From the NCBI GenBank assembly GCA_946965045.2, contig OX337235.1, forward strand, positions 2,294,001-2,358,000: a stretch of 64,000 bases of DNA. The letters are read 5' to 3'. Under the pieces are notes generated by a model. The model did not search any database, had not been told where the DNA came from, and saw only the letters and a list, made by a program, of their open reading frames with translations. Source of the DNA: Epithemia pelagica. Lineage: Eukaryota > Protista > Bacillariophyta. A program made the position numbers and the translations under genes. Positions 22,672 through 34,118 of this stretch are shown here, one piece after another; position 1 is the stretch's first letter, and the number at the start of each line of letters is the position of its first letter.

Positions 22672-23983
22672 ATGAGCGTTTGGAAGCTCTCTATCGTTTT
22701 TATTTCGATTATGTCTGTAGTCATGCAGCTAATCAGAGATATCCATGGGTTTGGTCAAGCTCTCGCACCAAGACATGTTCACTTCTCCTCTGTCAAGTCG
22801 AAGTATCAACAGACGTTCCAAAGGAACACTGGATCCCAACTTTTCATGGCTTCCACAACTCCACCTCCTCCCTACCCTGTTCGGATCGCAGTCATGGGTG
22901 GGGGCAATTTCGGACTGGCGCTAGCCACTGTATGTGCCCGACAGGGCATTCCAACAACCATCTTGGTTCGAAGGCAAGGAATTGCTGATTCTATCAATGC
23001 AAACCACACACATCCGACCAAAATGTCGGATATAGTCATGCCAGCGAAAGTGCGAGCGACAATTCACCCAGAAGAGTGTTTACCGGACGCAACCTACATT
23101 GTTCATGCCGTTCCAGTGCAGTACAGTCGCGAGTTTTTGGGGTCGGTGGCAAGATATATCCCTCCAACCACTCCTGTGTTAAGTGGATCCAAAGGAATCG
23201 AAACGTCGTCCTTGGGTTTGATGGCTGATATTTTGAAAGAAACTCTTGGTCGAGAACGCCCCTATGCCTTTTTGTCGGGACCCTCCTTCGCACGCGAGAT
23301 TTGTCAAGGCGTTGCCACCGCCGTTGTAATTGCCTCAGAAGATATTTTGTTGGCTCGTGACTTGGCAAGTCTTTTATCTGATGATAATTTTCGCTGTTTC
23401 ACCACCAGGGACGTTATGGGAGTGGAGATTGGAGGAGCGGTCAAGAATGTGATTGCCCTGGCTGCCGGGATGTGCGAGGGGCTGGGCCTGGGAACAAACG
23501 CGATGAGCGGGCTCGTCACTCGAGGATGTGGCGAGATGAGACGACTTGGGTTGTCTTTGGGAGCGTTGCCAAGTACAATGGCAGGGTTGTCTGGTACGTC
23601 TTTCTCTGTGTTATCTGGAAAATCTTTTCGATGCCGCTGGCTTACGATACCTCTGCTCGTTTTCTGGTAAAGGTGTGGGGGATACATTCGGCACCTGCTT
23701 CGGTCCACTTTCTCGTAATAGAAAATTTGGTTACCGATTAGGGAAAGGCGAAACGATGAAAGAGATTCTAGCTTCTACAACAGAAGTGGCGGAAGGTGTG
23801 GACACGTCCGTTGCTTTGGTCAATTTTATCAAAACAAACTGCAGAGGCTACCGGCTTGATCTGAAGTATCCTATTTTGTTTGGCATTGCCGATATATTGC
23901 AAGGAAACCTAACACCAGCTGATGGATTGAAGGGTCTTATGAACATGCCTTTTCTCATGGAGAGCTTTGATGAGCGTGATTAA
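22672..23983 (+). CDS. gpsA: NAD(P)H-dependent glycerol-3-phosphate dehydrogenase (GpsA type), probably plastid-targeted, 2 exons
   Basis: Signal peptide, GGGNFG, SKGIE, GPSFA and GGAVKNVIA; intron 23594-23672 restores LSGVGDTFGTC..SRN. Confidence 0.92.
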
Positions 23984-24016
23984 TAATGTTGCTAATGTTG
24001 TACTTCACTGGACTAC

Positions 24017-24658
24017 CTAATAGCTGCTGTAGGTGTATGGAACAGGAGGCCACTTTGGTGGATCGTAACCCTTTCCTCCAATGGGCGAGCATCGTAATAG
24101 TCTCCACGCAATGAGAATTGCACCCTTGGCAGGTCCAAATTCTTCAATAGCTTGTACTCCATAGCGAGAACAAGTTGGCACGAAGCGGCAAGCGGGCGGC
24201 AACAGCGGTGATATAAACTGCTTATAGAAGCCAAGACTCGCCACCATACCCGAGGATAACGCTTCTTCGGCAACTGCTGGCTTATTCTCGTCGTTGTCCG
24301 TCCCCTTGGACTGGTCGGAGTCGTTGGAAGCTGAAGGATCGGACAAGAACGTGGGGATGGACTGTGTGGCAGCTCTTCCCGCCATACAAGCAACTCCCAG
24401 CAGGAGTATTCCGCCTGCATTTCGTGGAGTCAACAAGTGTCGACCGGCCATCAACACTGCCAGTTCCGATGCTGTGGTGGAAGCAATTTTTGCAACGGTC
24501 GTGCGCCGAGAAAGAGGCCATCGAGAAACCACTGGATCCGCCATGTGACAGCACATACACGTTGCAGCGACTGGTTCTATACCAAACAAGCCAAGGAAGA
24601 CCAGACAGAGCAAATTTAGTGCAACTGTAAGACGTTTCCGTAAGTCCATCATCATCAT
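24017..24658 (-). CDS. yidD: YidD / membrane protein insertion efficiency factor-like protein with signal peptide
   Basis: YKQFISPLLPPACRFVPTCSRYG..AIEEFG..RLLRCSP.GG.GYDP. Confidence 0.85.
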   Translation of the reverse strand: MMMMDLRKRLTVALNLLCLVFLGLFGIEPVAATCMCCHMADPVVSRWPLSRRTTVAKIASTTASELAVLMAGRHLLTPRNAGGILLLGVACMAGRAATQSIPTFLSDPSASNDSDQSKGTDNDENKPAVAEEALSSGMVASLGFYKQFISPLLPPACRFVPTCSRYGVQAIEEFGPAKGAILIAWRLLRCSPIGGKGYDPPKWPPVPYTYSSY

Positions 24659-24672
24659 CGTTATCCATAAAA
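24657..24672 (+). repeat. LINE target-site duplication, left copy
   Basis: ATCGTTATCCATAAAA, identical to 37069-37084; flanking bases differ on both sides. Confidence 0.85.
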
Positions 24673-24788
24673 AAAAGGTACAGTCTATTTTAACGCTGCC
24701 GCACGTATCCGCTAGGATAACGCCGACCGACGCGCCGGGCCTCCGAGCTAACGAAGGCGAGGACTAATAGAGCGAAACATGTAGCAAG

Positions 24789-26357
24789 TTAGGTGTGGTT
24801 GGCAGATTGCAAGATGACAGGTCTCCAAGTATTGAGCCAGGAACGGAGAGCAACAGAAGTCGTATCGATGGAGAAGTGAGTATCAAGGGAATCGTATAAA
24901 AGTGATTGATCACGGGGTAGAACGGTGTGGCGGATCGAATATAAGGCAGCAACTTCGCGTTGGGCCTGTGCATAGGCTGCGGTTTCACGGGAAGGAGATG
25001 TAGAGCCATGGAGAGCTTCATTCCTGGTTTTCCATAGTTGATACATATGTACCCACATGAGCTTGATGGTACCAGTAACAAATCGTTGTCCAGAAATTGC
25101 TGATTCGGTAGTAGTTGTGGCGTAGGTGTCTTGTAGTGCGGACCATAGGAGTGCAAAACGGCCGAGAATTAGTTGATTTAGGCCAATGTTGAGTTGAGTG
25201 CGTTGAAGGGCGAAGTAAGGAGATGTTGTGGGTAGGGGAGATGGCTGAGTGGAAGAGAACCAGGAGTGGAGATACTCGGTGAGGAGAGTGCAGAGGGACG
25301 GGTGAACGTGATGATCGTGCCAAAATTCTCGAAGATCGTCAAGTAATGAGCCAAGCCAAGACCTGTTGGGACATCGAAGAAAATGGTCATGGTCTTCGTG
25401 TGTAGGTTGTGGACACGAGGGGCATTCGTCGCTGTAGTAGGTGGCATAACGTGCTTTCAGATGACCCAGGGGAAGCCATTGGTGAAGAAATTTAACCACA
25501 AAATGACGCCTGGAAAAATTAGAGCGAACTGCAATACCGTGTGACTCCCAATCGATGGAATTGAACATATCAGAACTCCAATTGTGCTTGTTGAGTAGGT
25601 AATTGCGCAAGGTTGGTGCTGAGGCTAACGTACGGAGAATGGATCGGTAATTTGAATTTATCGTGCCATAGGGACCATGAAGAATAGCAGTTGCTCCCCC
25701 AATAAGAGGAGCTATCCGCGAGGAGATTGAAGGTGGATAAACGTACGACGATGCTAAATTGTCGGCTTCAACATTCAATTGGGCTGGTAGGGACAGAGTG
25801 GAGGGAGCGGCATTATTGTCTTGATGGCCTTTCACGTGACGAAAAGACGGGACTTGTGGGAATTGTCTTACTGTAGAAGAAATAGACTGTTGGATGTCCC
25901 AGTCTGGGTTCATTGTTGAGTACGTGAAGTCATAGGACCACTCGAGACGTTTGTTGATAGTTTGAACCAGACTCTTGGAGTCTGTGTACACTGTGACCGA
26001 ATCTGGTAAAGATTGGGAGTAAAATTCAAACAAGCGAAATAAGAATCAAAGTATGCTGAGGCAGCCATAACTTTCGGACCGAAAAGATGAAGTCCTATAG
26101 CCAGGAGCAGGACCATTTAGACAAAAGAGACGAAGACCTTGAAGTGTACATCCAACACAGCCGAATGTGCCCCGGAATTGGGCCGCAGAGCCGTCGCTAC
26201 ACAGGAGAAGTTGCAAATTGGTTTGGAACAGTTCGTGCTGTAAGGTATTGAGTGAGCAAATGATGTCAAACCCGCGAAGAAGCTGTGATTCCCAATCCTC
26301 CAATTTCGAAATATGGCTAGACAAGTCGATTGCAGGCGCTTCTGGGGGTGTAATGGT
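24789..26357 (-). pseudogene. LINE ORF 3' part (RNase H and CCHC), with a premature TGA at 26046-26048
   Basis: ORF-track pieces 26046-26372 and 24789-26033 are in the same frame, separated by one TGA (LSIL*FLFRLFEF). Confidence 0.85.
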
Positions 26358-27123
26358 TAGTAGAACTCTCACCGAAAATCATCGGTTAGGTTTGGCACCT
26401 CATCGGTTAGTCGAGTCCCGTGGCTTCAAACATCACCTACATCACCTACATCCACACTACATACCTAGCTTCGCGCTAGCTCAACATATATTTCGGTCGC
26501 ATATACCAAAAAGTGAGAACAGATTGACGAACGTGCTATCAAGAATCAACTTTGGTCTTGATATCCCATCAACGGACGATCATCCGTTGAACATCCGAGC
26601 CTGACCTATGCCGTAAGCATGCGCGCCCAAATTCGTCAAGACGCGCGCAAGAGCTATCCGAGCGTGGCGACCATATATCCGACCCAACGGTCTAAGTACA
26701 CAAGGCACGAATCACGATCACGCGAGACCATATCATCGTTCCCACTATTTCAAGATTGCAAACAAGGACGCGCCAACAAAACTACATATACCAACTTTAG
26801 CCAAGAATCGTTGAGGCTGTATATGATATACAAGCACATATACATGTTATATACCTCACATACATCAACTCCAACCATTCCAGTCCTATCACCGCCAAGA
26901 ACCTATTTCACACGATCAACAACAAGAATGGAAACCTCACACACCAAACCTAGTAGTAAGCTCACAATCATTAACATTACCATATCATCACGTCTTCAGT
27001 GTCCTGACTATCCCTACGATAGAGCCCTTGGGTTTCCTTTGTTCTCTGACCCGTGGAGAACTTTGGTATCAGTTGGTAATCGATTGTGGCTCTTCTAGAG
27101 CGTGTATTGATGAATCTCTACTA
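26358..27123 (+). repeat. 5' LTR of element A (TAGTAGA...TCTACTA)
   Basis: Matches 33353-34118; I found two A/G differences. Confidence 0.95.
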
Positions 27124-27138
27124 GATTAACAGTCTCAC
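27124..27138 (+). promoter_or_regulatory. Candidate primer-binding site complementary to the tRNA-Asn(GUU) anticodon arm
   Basis: GATTAACAGTCTCAC; reverse complement G-TGAGA-CTGTTAA-TC; no TGG after the LTR. Confidence 0.65.
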
Positions 27139-27516
27139 CGCTTATTTCCCTGCAGTTGCAATTGAAACCTTACTTACCCATCAACACCCGTTACAGATTG
27201 AGCTACCACAACAACAAGAGTTAGAGGACAAAGCTACTCAACCCATCAACAGGGCCAGCCTGGCTAAGGCTAGGGTCACCAACCCTTTCCTATTCCAAGA
27301 CCTCAAGCTGCACCAGGACTCCGTACAACTACCTTCCCAATACTCATCCAACGAGTGAACCACTTTTGTTGAGGACTACTACGAGTACGACGAAGAAGCC
27401 GCCTTCTGTTACTGAATCTCCGGTTCAACTCGATCACCGCAACGAGTCTGGAAGTGACCAAGAATAAGTAACTTTAAGTAGTTTTCACACCAAACCGGAG
27501 ACAAAACCAAGTTCCG

Positions 27517-27620
27517 CACATCCGGGTTACCTTTTGGACATCACAACACACATCCGGGTACTTCATACGTGGCACACACGTGGCACATCCGGGTTCAGAA
27601 GGCACACCACACATCCGGGT
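27517..27620 (+). repeat. Four copies of CACATCCGGGT in the leader of element A
   Basis: Copies start at 27517, 27549, 27584 and 27610. Confidence 0.85.
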
Positions 27621-27698
27621 TACAAAACAAGACTAAAGTTTTCGACTAAGACATCACAGGACACATATCAACATATCTTATCACAAAGTCAAGCAATC

Positions 27699-30600
27699 AT
27701 GGAACCAACTACACCGACCCCACCAGAGTTCAACCCCAATCAAAGTATATCTGATCAAGAAGTCTTTGATCATATTACTCAGGTGTTGTTCAACTTTTCC
27801 AAGGAAAGGGTCGATGTACTCGTGAAATGGATGCACCATCATGCTTTTGATGATATCCTTAGTATCATTGAACATATGGCGATTGACCCTGAGAAGAACA
27901 TGGATAGTATGACAAAATACAAGTCAGGAAAACAAATGCACGACCTACATGTCAATACAAGCCAGCAGATCAAGTTGCTTGCCCATTGGTTCCGACAAAC
28001 AAGTATCGATATTCAGGGTATACCTTCCAAGGCAACCTGGATGAATCTGACCAAGGCAGAATTTGATCTATGGAGGATAAACACTGACTTTCGCTCTGGA
28101 AGCCCTATCAATGACCCAGTATCACCTATGAAATCTCCATCCCATTCGACGTCACCAAAATCGTTTAGTACTACTTCTGCTGCATCACAGTCCCAACTGG
28201 ACCTAACCGCATTCAAGAAGGGAACCAAGCGTGACGCTATGGCATATGAAACATTCAAGGATGAACGATACTACGACACGTTCTGGAGGACTTTCAAGAC
28301 CACAGCAAAAGCCCAAGGTTTATCTAATGTTCTTGACTTCCGATACAAGCCGCCAACGAATGATACGTATGCAACAGAACTTTTCCAAGAGCAACAAATC
28401 TTCCTATACTCCGTCCTTGTGCGCATCATCCAGACTGATCAAGGAAGAGCTTATGTTTGCGAACATGAACATGATGAAGACGCACGAGCAGTGTTACAGA
28501 AGCTTCACACATTGCATACGAAGTCAGACTTAGCAAAACGAGAGGTCTTACGATTAACCAATTACATCTCCAACCTTCACCTCGATGATACATGGCGTGG
28601 ATCATCACGTCAATTCTTGCTTCATTTCCAAGACAAACTACGTTTACTCGATAACCTTGTTGATCTCTCTGATCGCATACCTGATCACACCAGGATGACG
28701 TTTCTTATGCAAGCTGTCGAGAAGGTACCTGACCTTCGCAGAGTTAAAATCTTGGACAACGTCGTCAACACGAAGTCTGGAGCAAAGTCTTTATGTTATC
28801 GGTCGTACTTCTCCATTTTGATGGATGCAGCATATGACCATGATCAAGTCACGCAATCTTCTGCAACTGGTCGTCGTCGTAGTGTCAAGCAACACGAGCA
28901 ACACGAAACACAACATGATATTGAGGGATCCCTTCAGGAAGACGATGCATATCAGATAAACAATACCAATGTCCAAGATGATAACACGGCATCTCCAAAA
29001 GCCAGTCTTCCTCGTGACCTATGGTTTAAACTTCCTGAGGATGCTCGCAAGATGATTGTTGAGTATAACAAGAACGTGCAAGCTTCTACTCCGAGTCCAA
29101 GAAAGGTACAGCAACACTCCCTTGACATTGATCCTGACCCTGGTCAAGATGTTTTCGATGACCTGGACAACCCCACATATTCGCAGGATGATTCCGATCC
29201 AGCCACCCATCTCATCCATCAAGCAATGACGTCAACCGACCTCAATCACCCAGCTTCTGATTTGTCTAATGTTCTATCCAATGCCGCATCCAAGACGAGT
29301 AAGAAAGTTAGTTTCAAACAGAATGAGCACAAGCAGAAGGTCCACATGACTCAATATATGTTCTCTCGAAAGTCGACTTATACTGGGAATCAACTCATTG
29401 ATCGTGGTGCCAATGGTGGTTTAGCCGGAGCTGATATGCGTATCCTTTCCAAGACAGGTCGTAACATCACGATTGTGGGAATCGACAACCATGAACTTAC
29501 TGGTCTCCCCATTGTCACTTGTGCTGCCAAGTTTGAAACTAATGATGGACCAATCGTTGGCATCTTCAACGAATATGCATACTATGGAAAAGGACAGTCT
29601 ATACATGCACCTTGTCAATTGGAACATTATGGGCTATCTGTGGATGAACGTTCTGTCAAGGTGGATGGAAAGCAACGTATCACTACCCTTGATGGACGTG
29701 CTTTACCTCTATGTATCAAGGATGGACTTGCCTTTATCCACTCATTAGGTATCCCTTCTGATGATGACATGGACCGATTGCCGCAAATCATCTTTACTTC
29801 GCCATCTACTTGGGACCCCTCTGTTCTTGACCATACTCATTCAGATCCACAGCATGATGCTTCTACTACATGGTATCAGGTTGTGACCGATGGCAGTATG
29901 GCACGTTATCCATATGACACGTATGGGGAGTACACTGATCATGTTGTCTGCAATCTCAATCTTCTCCTTGACCTTCCTTATCACCACGGACCCGACAACA
30001 CCACATATTTCTCTATCTATGCTGATGCTAATGGTGAAGACCCAACCCTTCAACATGCATCTGTCCATTGTCGTTATGTGGAAGAACATGATTGGAAACA
30101 ATTTTGTCCCTTCTTTGGTTGGCAATCCAAGGAAGTTATTGCCGATACTTTCAAGCATACTACACGACATGCTAATGTGATTTTTGACTGTGACACTCTC
30201 AAGAAACATTTCAAGGCACGCAACCCTATCCTGAATCTACCACGTCGTCATGAACCCGTTGCTACCGATTCGATCTTTTCTGATACACCTGCTGTTGATC
30301 ATGGTGGAAAGGTGGCTCAAATTTTTGTTGGCCGCGATACTCTTGTCACTGATATTTACGGTATCAAGTCTACCAAGCAATTTGTGAACACTCTTCAAGA
30401 CAATATACGCATGCGAGGTGTTATGGAGACACTCATTAGTGATGGGGGTTCATCTCTCATTTCCCATAAGGTTAAGGATATCCTTCGCACCTTGCTCATC
30501 GGGGAGTATCGCTCTGAACCATACCACCAGCATCAGAACAAAGCCGAGAATCGTTATCAGACCGTTAAACGAATGACGAACGCTATCATGAATGCAACTG

Positions 30601-33355
30601 GATGCCCGGCCAATGTTTGGTTACTTTGCCTTGAATATGTCTGTGACTTATTGAATCATTCTTCTTCACATGCACACTCTGGACGTACTCCTATTGAGGC
30701 TCTCACCGGTCACCCTCCCGACATTTCGCACCTCCTGTTCTTTCCCTTCTGGGATGAAGTCTACTATCGTGTTGACCCCTCCGAACCGTCGTCTGGTCCC
30801 TACCCTTCTTCGACCGATGAGAAACTTGGCCATTGGGTTGGTTGTGCTCACAACGTTGGTGATGCTTTTACATGGAAGATTTTGTCTGCTGACAACCATA
30901 TCCTCTACCGTTCCGCTGTTCGCCGTGTCGCTTCCACTACACCCAACCTTCGTGTGGATCGACCTTCAGGGGAGACGTCTCCGAAAGATGACACTGATAA
31001 GCAGGCTGACACTGTCTTCATTCGCAGTAAAAGTGAAGATCCATCCAAACCAATGCCTACAATTGATTACGAAGACATGATAGGACGCACTTTCCTATGC
31101 GACACTGAAGAAAATGGGGAGCGTCATCGAGCACGCGTTGTCAAACGAGTTGTAGATCTTAATGAAGAATCACTCAAGCAAGAAGAACGCATCAAGTACA
31201 TCTACCGCAAGACAAATTCTGACGTTGATGAAATGATCTCTTATAACCAGTTGATGGAGTATATTAAGAGGGACAATCAAACGCAGACCTCGGGAGATAA
31301 TTTGTTCCGTTTCAGGGATGTTATTGCACATCAAGGCCCACTGTCTTCAACCGACCCGGATTATAAGGGGAGTAAGTATAACTTGCTTGTGGATTGGGAA
31401 ACTGGGGAGACAACCTATGAACCACTCTCCCTTATTGCCAACGACAACCCAATCACCGTTGCCATATATGGAAAGAAGCATGGGCTCCTCAACGAACCAG
31501 GATGGAAACACCTGAAACGCTACGTCAAGACGAGTAAACGCCTGATACGTGCTGCAAAACAATCAAGGATCAAACAAGTACGTCAATCAGTCAAGTATAA
31601 GTTTGGATTCCAAGTCCCTCGAGATTACGCCGAGGCTGTCAATCTTGACAAACAAAATGGTACCACAAGGTGGCAAGACGCAACTGAATTGGAACTGTCT
31701 CAGATACAATCATATGAGACATTCAAGGACCATGGGAAGGCCATCTTCACAAATGGCAAGGTATCAAATGCACCTGAGGGATATCAAAAGATTCGAGTGC
31801 ATCTCGTTTTTGATGTGAAACATGATGGTAGGCACAAGGCACGACTTGTTGCAGATGGACACTTGACGAAGGAACCTGTGGAAACGATCTACTCTGGAGT
31901 TGTTTCTATTTGCAACCTACGAATTGCTTTATTCCTTGGATCTCTGAACGATCTAGAAGTATGGGGAGCAGACATTGGGAATGCGTATCTTGAAGCATTG
32001 ACTGGGGAGAAGTTATATATTGTGGCAGGACCCGAGTTCAAGGAGCTAGAAGGTCACATCCTCATCATCTACAAGGCCCTCTATGGTCTCAAATCTTCAG
32101 GCGCACGATGGCATGATGTCCTTTTTGACGTCCTCACCGATATGGGTTTCTCACCAAGCAAGGCAGATCCTGACATTGGGATGAGAAAAGCGCCTGGGGA
32201 GGATTGCTACGAATACATCGCCGTATATGTGGATGACTTAGCCATCATAGCTACTGACCCTGGAAACATTTGCAAAGTCTTCAAGGAAAAGTACAACTTC
32301 AAGCTTAAGGGAGATGGACCTATTGACTATCACCTGGGATGCCGGTACACCAAGGACCCTGACGGAACCCTAGTCTCTGATCCACGCCGATACATTAGCA
32401 AAATGATGGACACCTTTGAACGTACCTTCAAAGAGAAACCCAAGAAGGCTAAAACCCCTCTCATTGCTGGTGATCACCCGGAATTGGACGACACCGAACT
32501 CCTTGATGAAGAAGGTACACAGCACTTCCAGACCTTGATTGGACAGCTTCAGTGGGTGATTACAATTGGTCGCTTTGATGTTTTTACTGCTACGATGACC
32601 CTTTCCAGGTTCCGCGCAGCTCCAAGACAGGGACATTTCAACAGAGCTAAACGCATCTATGGATACCTTTTCAATCTTTCTGATGGTGCAATCAGATTCC
32701 GAATCAGAGAGCCCGATTTCTCAAGCATTCCAAGTCAAGACTTTGATTGGAGTCGTACGGTCTATTCAGATGCCAAGGAATACATCCCTCATGATTGCCC
32801 AGAACCACTTGGACGATATGTGACGACAACGCACTATGTTGATGCTAACCTTATGCACGACATGATCAAAGGAAAGTCTGTAACAGCCATCCTGCATCTC
32901 TTGAATGGGACACCAATTGATTGGTACAGCAAACGACAGAGCACTGTGGAAACGGCAACATATGGATCAGAATTTGTGGCAGCAAGGACAGCAGTCGACC
33001 AAATCACTGAATTACGGCATTCACTTCGTTACACCTTGGAGTACCAATCAGGGATTGCAGTTATCTGTTTGGAGACAATCGATCTGTGGTTGTTAACGCA
33101 ACAATGCCTCATTCTATCTTGTCCAAGAGACATCATCTCCTTTCATATCACCGGGTACGAGAAGCGATAGCAGCGCAATACGTTGCATTCTATTGGAAGG
33201 ATGGGAAGACCAACCCTGCCGACATCCTCAGCAAGCATTGGAAGTTTGCAACTATTTGGCCTCTACTCAAGCCCCTATTGTTTTGGAGAGGAGAAGTTCA
33301 AGATCTCTACGAATCCAGCGATGACAAGGCTGAACCAACGAGCTGTGGGGAGTAG
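27699..33355 (+). pseudogene. Gag-Pol polyprotein of element A, frameshifted in RNase H
   Basis: Single ORF from MEPTT; an extra AC at 33033-33034 shifts the frame; the corrected frame reads RYLGVPIRDCSYLFGDN...NPADILSKHW and stops at TAG 33353-33355. Confidence 0.88.
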
Positions 33356-34118
33356 TAGAACTCTCACCGAAAATCATCGGTTAGGTTTGGCACCTCATCG
33401 GTTAGTCGAGTCCCGTGGCTTCAAACATCACCTACATCACCTACATCCACACTACATACCTAGCTTCGCGCTAGCTCAACATATATTTCGGTCGCATATA
33501 CCAAAAAGTGAGAACAGATTGACGAACGTGCTATCAAGAATCAACTTTGGTCTTGATATCCCATCAACGGACGATCATCCGTTGAACATCCGAGCCTGAC
33601 CTATGCCGTAAGCATGCGCGCCCAAATTCGTCAAGACGCGCGCAAGAGCTATCCGAGCGTGGCGACCATATATCCGACCCAACGGTCTAAGTACACAAGG
33701 CACGAATCACGATCACGCGAGACCATATCATCGTTCCCACTATTTCAAGATTGCAAACAAGGACGCGCCAACAAAACTACATATACCAACTTTAGCCAAG
33801 AATCGTTGAGGCTGTATATGATATACAAGCACATATACATGTTATATACCTCACATACATCAACTCCAACCATTCCAGTCCTGTCACCGCCAAGAACCTA
33901 TTTCACACGATCGACAACAAGAATGGAAACCTCACACACCAAACCTAGTAGTAAGCTCACAATCATTAACATTACCATATCATCACGTCTTCAGTGTCCT
34001 GACTATCCCTACGATAGAGCCCTTGGGTTTCCTTTGTTCTCTGACCCGTGGAGAACTTTGGTATCAGTTGGTAATCGATTGTGGCTCTTCTAGAGCGTGT
34101 ATTGATGAATCTCTACTA
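33353..34118 (+). repeat. 3' LTR of element A
   Basis: Preceded by a short purine tract (TGTGGGGAG) and followed by TSD ATGGT. Confidence 0.95.

Larger units (their letters stand above)
26358..34118 (+). mobile_element. Ty1/Copia LTR retrotransposon A (CoDi-like), 5-bp TSD ATGGT
   Basis: 766-bp LTRs; TSD at 26353-26357 and 34119-34123; domain order gag-PR(IDRGANGG)-INT-RT(YVDD)-RNaseH. Confidence 0.96.

Noticed and set aside
26619-27098. 159-aa ORF in the LTR, repeated at 33614-34093
   Set aside because: It is duplicated only because it lies in the LTR; no domain or typical composition is evident.
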